This document shows positions 1 to 9,291 of a stretch of 64,000 bases of DNA, in pieces (position 1 is the stretch's first letter; each line of letters opens with the position of its first letter). The translations under genes and the position numbers were made by a program. The DNA comes from a virus: IMG/VR virus record IMGVR_UViG_3300002460_000003, positions 1 through 64,000 of that record, one strand, 5' to 3'. Under the pieces are notes generated by a model. It was not told the DNA's origin. It saw only the letters and a program-made list of their open reading frames with translations, and ran no database searches.

Positions 1-115
1 CAAATTTCTTTTCTCTATCACCTTCTACCAATCGATTAATACATTCAATTGTACAGATAGCTGCTGCTGACAGATAATAAACCCATCGAAGTAAACAACC
101 AACAGGACAACAGCC

Positions 116-196
116 ATGATCATTCCTCTTATCGCTCTCATCGTTGTAGCAGCTTGGGTAATTAGTCGTCCTATCGTTAGGGTATTAGGTGTCTGA
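116..196 (+). CDS. 26-aa hydrophobic membrane peptide (MIIPLIALIVVAAWVISRPIVRVLGV), not in ORF track
   Basis: ATG at 116 after ACAGGA SD-like; single TM-like stretch; followed by intrinsic terminator. Confidence 0.55.
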   Translation: MIIPLIALIVVAAWVISRPIVRVLGV

Positions 197-218
197 TAGA
201 TCACTCTGAAGTAACTAT

Positions 219-247
219 AAAGCCCTCTTAATAGAGGGCTTTTCTTT
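219..247 (+). terminator. Rho-independent terminator
   Basis: AAAGCCCTCT-TAAT-AGAGGGCTTT followed by TCTTT. Confidence 0.8.
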
Positions 248-502
248 GTCTATAGTAAAGCCATTCCTTATCCTTACAGTGCCTTCATTGATCGATAGTG
301 GTCTACCCTTGGTTGTCCTATTGGTTATCTGTTAGCTCTTCTCTAGTGAGCTTCTAGGGGTACTGTCAGTGTATAGTGTTGTAGATATTTGTGGATTGTA
401 GGATGTGGATAGGTGGCTGGGGGATGAAGTGTTAAGACCGTCATACAGATATCTGGGTTGTATTCATATTTTCCAAAAGGTGTCCCTAAACCTCTAATTA
501 TC

Positions 503-531
503 AAGACCCCCCTCTTTTTGGGAGGGGTTTA
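503..531 (-). terminator. GC-rich hairpin terminating the minus-strand early block
   Basis: GACCCCCCTC-TTTTT-GGGAGGGGTT just past the stop of 538..1680. Confidence 0.55.
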
Positions 532-537
532 TGAATT

Positions 538-1680
538 TCATATTTTCATAAGTTTATCTACTACCCTCTGATCTAGAAGACCTTCGTATTTCCAGAGAAG
601 GATTTGTGCAGCTAGAGTTTTCCCACTCTTATACCAGTCAGAAGCTTCCAGTTCAGTCTTGAATGACCTTTGTGATTTTACACCGCCAATAAGTAACCCT
701 GCTTTATACAACCCCTTATCAAACCCATAACCATTTATATGATCTTTGGTAGAACAGAAGAAAGTGTTTATATCATGGGGTACATAAACACAAGTGTCTG
801 GTCCATACTCTAAGTTTCCCTCAACCAGAATATCCTTATCTACCTGCCATGTTCTATTTAGAGTACCGAGTTGTGTATCATACCATGCAGCAAAATTCTG
901 ATAGTATCTCCATTCCTCACTAACAGTACAACCCCTACCACCATAGATATTAAAACTGTCATGTTTAGTATTATAGCACCTTGCAATCATACCATCCCAT
1001 ACACGATAAGACCTTAGTGCTTCCCTCCCAACAATACCTTTAATTGGATAGTTTACAAAAATACCAAAACCATAGTGGGATTGTGCTTTGGCTTCTGCTC
1101 TTCTCAAGGCATTCTCTACATTTCTTTCATCCTTTAAGGCCTTCTTCTCCTGAATACGACTTACTCTTAGTGCAGACTTATATAAGTCTTCTTTAGGATA
1201 CCAATGAGTGTTGTCTTGATAACCAGCACCTTGAAATTCTTTAATACCCGTAAAGCATTCCCTAACAGACCATTCAGCTTTCAGTCTAGCCCTCAGTTTA
1301 GTTAGACTGCAACCAGCCTCTACACAAAAATCAGGGTAGGTATATGCTTTACCTAAGAATTCAATAGTCTTAACCTCTTTTACAGATTCCTCTTTAACTC
1401 TCTTAGCTTTCCACAAAAGATTACCCACTGTGTTGTTACTTCTGTCTTCATCCTTGTGAATTACGTTGTGTGCATTCTCGGCATTTTCAATAAAAGCAAT
1501 CGCTACTAATCTATGAATCTTACATAGAGCCTTCTTCCCACCATCCCCAATGAGATTACTACATAGGAAATTACCATTCCACGTTTGTGGTAGTTCTCTT
1601 TCTGTTTCAGTATCAAAGACTCTACCATCAGTAGACACCTTATATCTTGAGTAACCCTCTGCTGTTCTCCACTCTATCAT
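538..1680 (-). CDS. Homing endonuclease, NUMOD4-HNH fused to a second HNH-type domain
   Basis: N-term EWR..GYSRYKVSTDGRV (NUMOD4), HRLVAIAF..VIHKDEDRSNN..GNL (HNH); C-term YRVWDGMIARCY..YGGRG..DKDIL..YGPDTC. Confidence 0.85.
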   Translation of the reverse strand: MIEWRTAEGYSRYKVSTDGRVFDTETERELPQTWNGNFLCSNLIGDGGKKALCKIHRLVAIAFIENAENAHNVIHKDEDRSNNTVGNLLWKAKRVKEESVKEVKTIEFLGKAYTYPDFCVEAGCSLTKLRARLKAEWSVRECFTGIKEFQGAGYQDNTHWYPKEDLYKSALRVSRIQEKKALKDERNVENALRRAEAKAQSHYGFGIFVNYPIKGIVGREALRSYRVWDGMIARCYNTKHDSFNIYGGRGCTVSEEWRYYQNFAAWYDTQLGTLNRTWQVDKDILVEGNLEYGPDTCVYVPHDINTFFCSTKDHINGYGFDKGLYKAGLLIGGVKSQRSFKTELEASDWYKSGKTLAAQILLWKYEGLLDQRVVDKLMKI

Positions 1681-1737
1681 TTATTTCTCCTAATTTACAA
1701 ATAATCCTTGACTTTATGATACTTATCAAAAACTGTT

Positions 1738-2346
1738 TTAGATTTCTTTATATACTCCGACCGTTTTGAATCTATGAGTAACCCCGTTTTGATCCAGCCT
1801 AAACGCTCTCAAAGCATACGCATATTCTACATACTTCTTTTCTTCATGTAAAGCAGATATTTCTGTAGGTAGTGGACAGAGAGGTTTTGAATACAAGATG
1901 CTGGGTGTATTGGAGTAGTAGTCATTTACAAAGCCTTTCTCTAGTTTCCAACTCATCTTCACCTCTTTTGGTAGGTTGTGTTCATATTCTTGAATCCTGT
2001 GCTTGATTCCTTCTAAAGCAAATCTAGCTGTTTGAGCTAGTCGCCTTGCTTGCCTATCAGACATATCATACCCAATCTCACATCTCTTTACTTCTTGTGC
2101 TGTAATTGGGTTCAGCATTAGGGCTTTCAATACAAGCTTAGGACTTACATTCACTTTACCATTACTTGTACCAGCTACGATTGTAACAGCAGCCCATACA
2201 GCATCATCTACAAAGCCGGGTACTTGCAGTCTTGTAGTGATGTTTAAGGCATTCATCCACCTTGTCCGTATAAGCCACTCACTTACTAATTCATTCTCTG
2301 TCACCATTACTGTTCTCACCATACCATCTCCCACATATCCTTCCAA
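1738..2346 (-). CDS. hypothetical protein
   Basis: 202-aa ORF with GGAG SD. Confidence 0.75.
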   Translation of the reverse strand: MEGYVGDGMVRTVMVTENELVSEWLIRTRWMNALNITTRLQVPGFVDDAVWAAVTIVAGTSNGKVNVSPKLVLKALMLNPITAQEVKRCEIGYDMSDRQARRLAQTARFALEGIKHRIQEYEHNLPKEVKMSWKLEKGFVNDYYSNTPSILYSKPLCPLPTEISALHEEKKYVEYAYALRAFRLDQNGVTHRFKTVGVYKEI

Positions 2347-2478
2347 TACTCCTCCCTATCCTCAAAGCATTCAGGACAAGATACTAAATAATTCTTTTGG
2401 TCATCCACATACCTCGTATTCTGCCTACGACTATCTACACTTTCTTTAAGCTGTTTGCATTCTGGACAAATGCAGAGT

Positions 2479-2715
2479 TTAATGTCTTGATACATAAGCT
2501 TCCAACTCCTCTAAGTCTACAGCACGTTCTTGTATCCATTCCATCATTTCTTCTATTGTGTAATCCTCACCTTCACAACAGCACTCATCATAGCAATGCC
2601 AGTGATCTACCCAATATGTATTCACTGAACAGCTTACAGATTTCCCGTCTAATAGCCATTGCCTTACTTCATCCCAATCTTTAAACTTCTTCATTTTGTT
2701 TCTCACAATCTTCAA
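2479..2715 (-). CDS. hypothetical protein (Cys-rich, acidic; start probably 2694)
   Basis: ORF in tightly packed operon. Confidence 0.65.
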   Translation of the reverse strand: MKIVRNKMKKFKDWDEVRQWLLDGKSVSCSVNTYWVDHWHCYDECCCEGEDYTIEEMMEWIQERAVDLEELEAYVSRH

Positions 2716-2902
2716 CTAATTTCCACACTTGCTCATAGATAGGCCAATCAGATTCAACCACAACACACTCAACAAGTGCCTCTCCGAAATTAGCTGCTCT
2801 CCAAATAGTTTCCTCTCTGGTTAACCCATCAGAGCATTCCTCATCACTGAGCCTGCTAAGTTTAATTACCATGTAACGCTCTTCACGTTTAAATTCATTC
2901 AT
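2681..2902 (-). CDS. hypothetical phage protein
   Basis: REERYMVIK..ECVVVESDWP.YE.VW motif typical of small phage proteins. Confidence 0.75.
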   Translation of the reverse strand: MNEFKREERYMVIKLSRLSDEECSDGLTREETIWRAANFGEALVECVVVESDWPIYEQVWKLVEDCEKQNEEV

Positions 2903-3179
2903 TATTCAACTCCTTCGTATCTAGCCATGAACGGTATACACTAGCTTCAACTAACACTTCTGCATCATCCTCAAATCCCTCTACTGATTTAGAATGATCT
3001 ATAAAAGCATTTTCATAAAAGAGGGTTTCTTCTATTCCTGTGCTCCTATTGATTTTATAAGCCACTGAGTCTGTAAAAATGAAATCACAATCACCAATGT
3101 CAATCCATTCGGAACATTGGACTATATACCGCCTTGTCTTGATTTCCCTAATCTGTTTTGCTGTCATCTTCACTAGCAT
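2895..3179 (-). CDS. hypothetical protein
   Basis: GGAG SD, overlaps next gene. Confidence 0.7.
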   Translation of the reverse strand: MLVKMTAKQIREIKTRRYIVQCSEWIDIGDCDFIFTDSVAYKINRSTGIEETLFYENAFIDHSKSVEGFEDDAEVLVEASVYRSWLDTKELNNE

Positions 3180-3219
3180 TCGTCTATAGTCTCCATTTCT
3201 AATTTAACCCATTCACCCC

Positions 3220-3248
3220 ATTCTACCTCAGTAGACATCTTCATGCAA
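3220..3248 (-). promoter_or_regulatory. sigma70-like promoter
   Basis: TTGCAT-N17-TAGAAT on minus strand. Confidence 0.6.
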
Positions 3249-3338
3249 TACCAAACACTGTCATCTTCTAGGATTTCTGTTTTAATATCAATGGTGATGC
3301 TGCCTACTGATTGTTTTTCTTTCTTGAATTGGAGGACG

Positions 3339-3692
3339 TTAGTCATTCCTAAGCTTCTGTGCGGTGATCCACAAGTCAGAGGGAATTTCCACTTTCCAAC
3401 CAGTGTAGGGTTCGTCTGCTTTGGTGGGGACTATTTCTTCTCTTATCTGTTCTTTCTTGTATTCTTTGATAAGTTCTAACACTTCTTGCATATTAACTTT
3501 ACGATAGTATCTATCACCAACAAGCATTGCTCGCTTATACCCAGTTTTAGTGTTCTGCTCTATCTGCACTACTCCATCTGTCACAGCCTCTCCTAGAAAG
3601 ATAACTTTTGTTGTAATAGAGCAAGGACAAGAGTCTATTACTTCCCACTTACCGAATAGTCGTTCACTTAATCTCATTCCTATATTCCTCAA
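3339..3692 (-). CDS. hypothetical protein, paralogous to C-terminus of 3664..4320
   Basis: FGKWEVIDSCPC motif shared with neighbour. Confidence 0.7.
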   Translation of the reverse strand: MRNIGMRLSERLFGKWEVIDSCPCSITTKVIFLGEAVTDGVVQIEQNTKTGYKRAMLVGDRYYRKVNMQEVLELIKEYKKEQIREEIVPTKADEPYTGWKVEIPSDLWITAQKLRND

Positions 3693-4320
3693 TAAACTTC
3701 AGTGCCCAAAGGATTTCTACATCTTTACTAATTGCATCGGTGGACAAAGTAGCTTTCATATTCCCAGTCCTTGCATCTTTTATTATTTGTAGGCACCCCA
3801 TTTGTTTTGGTAGTCCACATAAGTCCACAGGACACGGAACACAATCGATAGTTTCCCATCTACCAAATACATCTTGTGCTGGATTTACACTAGATGCCGT
3901 CTTACACTGGTTGTGAAATGCTTCCTCTGTCTTATGGTCTTTATAGTAATATGGGTATTCATCACTTCGTTCAAGATTGTAGAGGTTTCTGCTAGATGCC
4001 CACTTCTCAAACCTGTTTCTGATGTGAGTTAGCAACCTCACTCGCTTTTGAATGAGTACATCAGCTATTTCTCTACAAGTGTTTAGGATACCTAGTTGCA
4101 CATTCTTAGGTTCTGTTACTTCAAGCTGTTCTTTGAATAAATCCTCTAGGTTTAGCTCTTGCACTGCCATGTTTGCTGTAATAGCAGCATAATTCTCTTC
4201 CACCCACTTACCGGCCTGTTCCATTTCTTCAGGGTATTTAGCTTCGTATTCAGCAATAAGCTTTTTAAACTCCTGCATTCTTTGTTCTCCAATCTTCCCA
4301 AGAAATAAGATCACCACCAT
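3664..4320 (-). CDS. hypothetical protein (start probably 4278)
   Basis: long ORF; GGAG before MQEFKK. Confidence 0.7.
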   Translation of the reverse strand: MVVILFLGKIGEQRMQEFKKLIAEYEAKYPEEMEQAGKWVEENYAAITANMAVQELNLEDLFKEQLEVTEPKNVQLGILNTCREIADVLIQKRVRLLTHIRNRFEKWASSRNLYNLERSDEYPYYYKDHKTEEAFHNQCKTASSVNPAQDVFGRWETIDCVPCPVDLCGLPKQMGCLQIIKDARTGNMKATLSTDAISKDVEILWALKFIEEYRNEIK

Positions 4321-4573
4321 CAGTCAAGACCTTGGATGGGCATGTTGGTTCTTTACCTTGTTCTAATAGCTTCTGAGCACCATACTCAGAATACCCAAGC
4401 CTTGATATGCTTCTACCTGATACATCCCAAGCTCCACACTTGATATTTTCAATCATATCATCTGTTTGCTTTTGTTTGTAGAGTTCTTCTGGTGTTTTCT
4501 TAAATGGCCACATCTTCAACACCCTCCAGTCTACATCAATCTTCTGTCTTAAAGATAAGAGCTTCATATTCAC
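4265..4573 (-). CDS. hypothetical protein (start probably 4513, MWPFKK)
   Basis: GGAGG SD before internal ATG. Confidence 0.6.
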   Translation of the reverse strand: MNMKLLSLRQKIDVDWRVLKMWPFKKTPEELYKQKQTDDMIENIKCGAWDVSGRSISRLGYSEYGAQKLLEQGKEPTCPSKVLTDGGDLISWEDWRTKNAGV

Positions 4574-4808
4574 TCAGTACTTCACGCCCCTCATACACCT
4601 TATAAAACTCTACGAGGTATGGCTGTCGGTTCCCGTAATTACGGATGTTCATAAACTTATACACTGTGCCCACTCCTAGTTCTGGTTCCCCTGTCCAACT
4701 TCCCACATTACCTGCTCTACATTCTACAACTGGCATGTCATCTGGAAGGTCTTTAATCAAGACTTTAAGCTCTTTGATATTCATCTCTATTCTCCTATAG
4801 TTTAACAC
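4536..4808 (-). CDS. hypothetical protein (start probably 4784)
   Basis: MNIKELK..DLPDDMPV phage motif; AGGAG SD. Confidence 0.7.
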   Translation of the reverse strand: MLNYRRIEMNIKELKVLIKDLPDDMPVVECRAGNVGSWTGEPELGVGTVYKFMNIRNYGNRQPYLVEFYKVYEGREVLSEYEALIFKTED

Positions 4809-4925
4809 CCTTAAAACGTTAATAACATACCACCTAGTAGGGTAGCCTACATTTCCTTATAAGATTGAAAATAGCATCAATAAGTATAAGGAAAGAAGCT
4901 AGTTTAGATGATGTTTAGAGTGGAG

Positions 4926-5120
4926 TCAAGGTGTTAGTTTTGATAACAGATAAAGAACTACCATTATCGACCCTACTAACGTACCTAATACAATCTGCGT
5001 GGTAGTCAGGAGCATAATAGCTACTCCACATAGAATTCCAAACCCATATAGTGTCAAGAAACAGAAGAATCCTAACACAATAACTACTACAAGACTTACA
5101 AGTGCTTTAAGAACTCTCAT
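4926..5120 (-). CDS. hypothetical membrane protein
   Basis: two hydrophobic segments; GGAGG SD. Confidence 0.65.
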   Translation of the reverse strand: MRVLKALVSLVVVIVLGFFCFLTLYGFGILCGVAIMLLTTTQIVLGTLVGSIMVVLYLLSKLTP

Positions 5121-5479
5121 TTACTCACCTCCTCCTCAGCCCACTCAAGAAAAACACCCACCATAAATGCAGCACTCCACCCTTTATTCAGCTCTGCAAG
5201 TTCTTTCAAACTCTTACACCCTGTTGTACTGACATATTCTTTAACATCTACTCCTAGTTTCTTTGCAATTCTCACCACATATTTAATATCTGTAGATGGA
5301 TAATAGCGAATAGGAAGACGTACACCGTGTTTACTGGCTAATTCTTCCCAATGTTGCATATCAGCGTAGTCTGTACGGATGTGTTTGTTAGCTTCTCTTT
5401 TGGCATCTTTGGATAGAACAGCTTTCTGACGTAGCTCTGTTCTTTGTTCTGGTGTTAATGTGTTTAGGAATGTTGTCAT
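5117..5479 (-). CDS. hypothetical protein
   Basis: GGAGG SD, 4-nt overlap with next gene. Confidence 0.75.
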   Translation of the reverse strand: MTTFLNTLTPEQRTELRQKAVLSKDAKREANKHIRTDYADMQHWEELASKHGVRLPIRYYPSTDIKYVVRIAKKLGVDVKEYVSTTGCKSLKELAELNKGWSAAFMVGVFLEWAEEEVSK

Positions 5480-5482
5480 TGT

Positions 5483-5668
5483 TTACCTCCCAGCCCAAAC
5501 AGATAGAATGGCAATTGGGACTGAGATGGGCCAAATCAACGCACACCAGAGACTCCCCAGAATATTGTATTTCTTATTACATGCAAAACAAGTAAAAGCA
5601 TCCACATACATTGCAAGCATTCCTACAACAAAATAAGCTAAAATAAACATTACGCATTCTCCTTGCAA
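5483..5668 (-). CDS. hypothetical membrane protein
   Basis: hydrophobic, LIWP motif. Confidence 0.65.
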   Translation of the reverse strand: MQGECVMFILAYFVVGMLAMYVDAFTCFACNKKYNILGSLWCALIWPISVPIAILSVWAGR

Positions 5669-6117
5669 TAGATGCTCATTAGGCGTTGACGTTCTTTAAG
5701 TCCCCTTTTCTGTTGACGAATGGCTAGCAGCTTATACATTTTAACCTTCCTGCCTTCAAAGAATTGATCTAGTTCACGAATTATGAACTTCTCTTCTTCC
5801 CTTGTCAACCAATCAACTTTCCCGTACATTCCAGACGTATAGTTACCACCTCCAGACTCTATGTAAAATCTTTCCCCTGTCTTCATATCAAATACACTCC
5901 ATAGGTATCTAGCTAGTCCCGGTGTACTAAAGTCATACCCGTCGATCTGAAACCACCCCGGATTCTTCTTTACAGCCTGTACGAAAGAAATTACAGGTTC
6001 GGCTATGTTATTCTTAGACATCCTCTTTATGTCTGCCTCATACTCATCCAGCTCTGCTTGTTTCTCAATAAGCTTCTCATATCCACCACCAAATAGGTTC
6101 TTTACAAAGTCAAACAT
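5650..6117 (-). CDS. hypothetical protein
   Basis: 155-aa ORF with SD. Confidence 0.75.
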   Translation of the reverse strand: MFDFVKNLFGGGYEKLIEKQAELDEYEADIKRMSKNNIAEPVISFVQAVKKNPGWFQIDGYDFSTPGLARYLWSVFDMKTGERFYIESGGGNYTSGMYGKVDWLTREEEKFIIRELDQFFEGRKVKMYKLLAIRQQKRGLKERQRLMSIYCKENA

Positions 6118-6126
6118 ATTCTCTCC

Positions 6127-6354
6127 TCAATTCAAAGCTATATTTAAACTCTCTGCACACCTATCAACAGCCCGCACATAAGTCTTTAGATTACCACCAA
6201 CCCCATGCTTGATAGCCAGTGAAGGACAACTCATTACAACAGGGATAGTATCATAGGTAGTGGGTGTATAGCAAGTGAATACCCACAACACTCCAGCAAT
6301 AGAGAAGCATGTTAGGAAATATTCTAGTGTAGACATATTGGAATAGTGATTCAT
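6127..6354 (-). CDS. hypothetical membrane protein
   Basis: N-terminal TM-like segment. Confidence 0.6.
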   Translation of the reverse strand: MNHYSNMSTLEYFLTCFSIAGVLWVFTCYTPTTYDTIPVVMSCPSLAIKHGVGGNLKTYVRAVDRCAESLNIALN

Positions 6355-6648
6355 TTAATCATCCCCTCCTTGTTTTCTCTCGAAGGCTTCATTCTGCTTC
6401 ACAACCTTCTGGAAGTCAATAATGACTTTCTGACTAATTGCATCTGGATGATTTGGTGAACAATCCACCCCTTGTACTAATACCGGCTCCCATGTAGACT
6501 CCCATAATTTTGCATGATTCCGTAAGTGTCTTCCAAGCGAGCTATGCATTAGTGTCGGGCCTTCTCCCATAAACCACAGCTTATCTACCCTACTAAAGTT
6601 CTCATATATTTCTTCCAAAAGAGTATAAGCTTCATCGTAACTACTCAT
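6355..6648 (-). CDS. hypothetical protein (DUF6794-like HxxLGRxxRNxxxLW..HPDxxS motif)
   Basis: MHSSLGRHLRNHAKLW..NHPDAIS. Confidence 0.65.
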   Translation of the reverse strand: MSSYDEAYTLLEEIYENFSRVDKLWFMGEGPTLMHSSLGRHLRNHAKLWESTWEPVLVQGVDCSPNHPDAISQKVIIDFQKVVKQNEAFERKQGGDD

Positions 6649-6950
6649 TACTTCTTCTCTCCGAACAGAATTTCATTCCAATGAGCTTCCATATTAACAT
6701 GAACTTGATCATTCATTTTGTCAATGATTGGAGCAGCACACTTACATAGGTATTTCATCTCATCTTTAGTCATCCACTCTTCTGTGCAATGATCACAGGA
6801 CATATCAATCATGAACTTCTTATCCCCGAAGTGCAGGTAATAGTGTTTATGCTTATCTTCAAACAAAGAAATGTGAGCATTGTCACCCTCTTTCAGACGA
6901 CGACCCATCTCTAGTACAACAGGGCTGATTTTAGTAAATAGTGATTTCAT
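6648..6950 (-). CDS. hypothetical protein
   Basis: AGGAG SD. Confidence 0.7.
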   Translation of the reverse strand: MKSLFTKISPVVLEMGRRLKEGDNAHISLFEDKHKHYYLHFGDKKFMIDMSCDHCTEEWMTKDEMKYLCKCAAPIIDKMNDQVHVNMEAHWNEILFGEKK

Positions 6951-6961
6951 TTATTTCTCCT

Positions 6962-7225
6962 TTAGTTGACCAGTTTAATAGTGTGGCATTTGGGGCAAGC
7001 GTAGAGTTTGATATCTACTTCATCCCTACCATATAATTCATGTACAGTCTTAGTAAACTTAAAACCCCGTTCTATCTCTATTTTAATGAAGAGTTCTTCA
7101 TCTGGTACATCATGATATACGTGTTTTACTTCTTTAACTTGTCCCTTACGAGGACCAGACTGATAAAGAATTTCTACATCTTCTTCCCAGTCTTCAGGCT
7201 CTACATATCCACAAAGACATTTCAT
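6962..7225 (-). CDS. hypothetical Zn-binding protein
   Basis: CLCG ... CPKC pairs. Confidence 0.7.
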   Translation of the reverse strand: MKCLCGYVEPEDWEEDVEILYQSGPRKGQVKEVKHVYHDVPDEELFIKIEIERGFKFTKTVHELYGRDEVDIKLYACPKCHTIKLVN

Positions 7226-7234
7226 ACTTCCTCC

Positions 7235-7423
7235 TTAAATAGTTAATTTATGATATAAGACACAACTATCCATCAATTTCTTATGAAGCTCTTGAACATC
7301 CTCTTTAGTGAGAGCGTAAGGTGTTCCAATACGAACTTCAAATACAGATAACACTATCACACTTACTTCAACACTGCATTCATGAAGCTTTGCTTTCTTC
7401 CACTGTTCGGCAGAAGAATTCAT
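7235..7423 (-). CDS. hypothetical protein
   Basis: ORF in operon; start uncertain. Confidence 0.5.
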   Translation of the reverse strand: MNSSAEQWKKAKLHECSVEVSVIVLSVFEVRIGTPYALTKEDVQELHKKLMDSCVLYHKLTI

Positions 7424-7524
7424 ATATAGATTACTTCATGCTTTGGCTTTTGTAAAGCACAAGCTTGTAGAAATATTGCTAACATCAGAATGAATAGAAG
7501 TTTCATGTGATTAGCCTCTCTGTG

Positions 7525-7827
7525 TTATGGATACTTGATGTACTTCACATTTACAACATTACCATCTGCCCGCCTATGTTCTTCTTTGTTGAACCTTTCA
7601 ATGTAGGTATCAATCAGCTCTTGTGCGTGTTCAAGTGTTCCAAATCCGCAACCACTACTCCCACCGTCCTGATGCCAAATGGTGAATGCGTTGGTGTGCA
7701 TAAGTGCTGACCAACCTTCCCTATCATTAAAATCATACCAGAAGAATAAACCTTTGTGTTGTGGCATGTGTACTACTTTACCATCAACCTTTGTAGTGAC
7801 TTTAATTCGTGTCTTACGTGGTTTCAT
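7525..7827 (-). CDS. hypothetical protein
   Basis: ORF with SD. Confidence 0.7.
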   Translation of the reverse strand: MKPRKTRIKVTTKVDGKVVHMPQHKGLFFWYDFNDREGWSALMHTNAFTIWHQDGGSSGCGFGTLEHAQELIDTYIERFNKEEHRRADGNVVNVKYIKYP

Positions 7828-7977
7828 TTCTTAATACCCTCCAATAGTTTATCACGTTGTTCTGGTGTGAGGTATTCAGCAGTATTAATAACTCTAGTAA
7901 TACGCATCATCACGGATGTTTCAATTAGCTTCTGATCCTCTTTCAATCGTCTAATCTTACTGATCAGTTCTCTGCGC

Positions 7978-8274
7978 TCACTTGGTGGTAAGTCCATATT
8001 CACCTCCTACGTAGCAAGCAGCAGCTTGTTCAACAATTTTCCTTCGTGTAGCTGAGATATCATCAATATCATTAAACCTGTCACCCCAGAAAAACTCAAG
8101 CTTTAGCTGATGAGCCAAACGAAATGTATCACCGTCATCATCAAAAGGGTTCCAGTTTGTTAGATCACCATCACCCCGCCCAATGAGTATTCCATCAGCA
8201 GCACAGTCCCATTCTTCACACATAACCAAGCCGGCCGCCTTAGCAGCCAATTTCAACAATTCCCGATCATTCAT
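7978..8274 (-). CDS. hypothetical phage protein
   Basis: DRELLKLAAKAAG..WNPFDDDGD.FRLA motif typical of Pseudomonas phage proteins. Confidence 0.75.
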   Translation of the reverse strand: MNDRELLKLAAKAAGLVMCEEWDCAADGILIGRGDGDLTNWNPFDDDGDTFRLAHQLKLEFFWGDRFNDIDDISATRRKIVEQAAACYVGGEYGLTTK

Positions 8275-8275
8275 C

Positions 8276-8506
8276 TTATTCTCCTTGATAACTAATGTAT
8301 GTCAACTGATACACTTTCTCACCTGTATTCTGTAGAATCCCTGATGCCCAACTTCCACTATCAATCTTAAATGTATCAATGTAGCCTGTCAAGTCATTAA
8401 TCGAACGGAAGATACGTGTCTTTTGTTGTGGGGATTCGTGTGTGCCTTCTAAAGATTCCTTTGGTAAGGGTTCGTCTTGTTCAGGTGCTTCTGTGATGTT
8501 AGTCAA
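8276..8506 (-). CDS. hypothetical protein
   Basis: ORF overlapping upstream stop. Confidence 0.6.
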   Translation of the reverse strand: MTNITEAPEQDEPLPKESLEGTHESPQQKTRIFRSINDLTGYIDTFKIDSGSWASGILQNTGEKVYQLTYISYQGE

Positions 8507-9020
8507 TTCCCAATTCCTCTTTAGCTTTCTCTACTAGTTCTTTTGCTTGAGCATACAACGTAGGATCACCCTCTGTCAAGACCTCAAGCAGAAGTTCTTT
8601 CTCTTTGACATACACCATGGCAAACTCCTTATCATGTTCAACGATTGACTTGGTGTTGCTGATAAGGTCAGCTAGTTTGATAGTCTTAGCTTGTGGGTCA
8701 GCAACAGAAATCCAAACACGATCAATCTCTTTACGATAAGCTCGATTGCCGTCTTCTGGCTTTGACCTGTCAGATAACCAATTGACTAGAAGTGCAACCT
8801 CCTCACCAAATGCCAATTCAATTTCATCGTAGGTGACTCCACAATCTTCAATTACATCATGTAGTAGTGCAGCAGCTAGCATTTCATCTGTACCACCCAC
8901 AGACTTAACAATCTGCATCACTTCAATTGGATGGAAGATATAATCTTCGCCTGTATATTTGCGTTTCTGTCCTTTATGCAGCTCTCGTGCAGAGATTGTT
9001 GCTCGTGTTACCATATCCAT
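8499..9020 (-). CDS. HD-domain hydrolase, SpoT/Mesh1-like small alarmone hydrolase
   Basis: HKGQKRK..YIFHP..AALLHDVIED..IKLADLISN motifs of RelA/SpoT HD domain. Confidence 0.85.
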   Translation of the reverse strand: MDMVTRATISARELHKGQKRKYTGEDYIFHPIEVMQIVKSVGGTDEMLAAALLHDVIEDCGVTYDEIELAFGEEVALLVNWLSDRSKPEDGNRAYRKEIDRVWISVADPQAKTIKLADLISNTKSIVEHDKEFAMVYVKEKELLLEVLTEGDPTLYAQAKELVEKAKEELGID

Positions 9021-9052
9021 AATATACCTCCCCAGTTAATTTCAGTAAACTC

Positions 9053-9081
9053 ATAATAAAACAAAGCTCCCGCAGAATCAA
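9053..9081 (-). promoter_or_regulatory. sigma70-like promoter overlapping a terminator hairpin
   Basis: TTGATT-N17-TATTAT; -35 lies in hairpin AGCTCCTGTAG..CTGCGGGAGCT-TTGTTT. Confidence 0.5.
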
Positions 9082-9105
9082 CTACAGGAGCTATATAAAT
9101 TTCTA

Positions 9106-9291
9106 TCAATCTTCGTCTGCCCATAGATCATGTAAATAACTCATCACCATAGAACACACCTCCTCATCATTAAACCCTTGACCAATGAGGAATTCTTGGT
9201 AACGTCCTAAATGAGAATGAGTATTTAGAGTATATTCAGTGTTCCAGCACCACTCTCCTGATTCAAAGACGTATATAAAACTTCTATTCAT
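9106..9291 (-). CDS. hypothetical protein
   Basis: 4-nt overlap with upstream gene. Confidence 0.65.
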   Translation of the reverse strand: MNRSFIYVFESGEWCWNTEYTLNTHSHLGRYQEFLIGQGFNDEEVCSMVMSYLHDLWADED

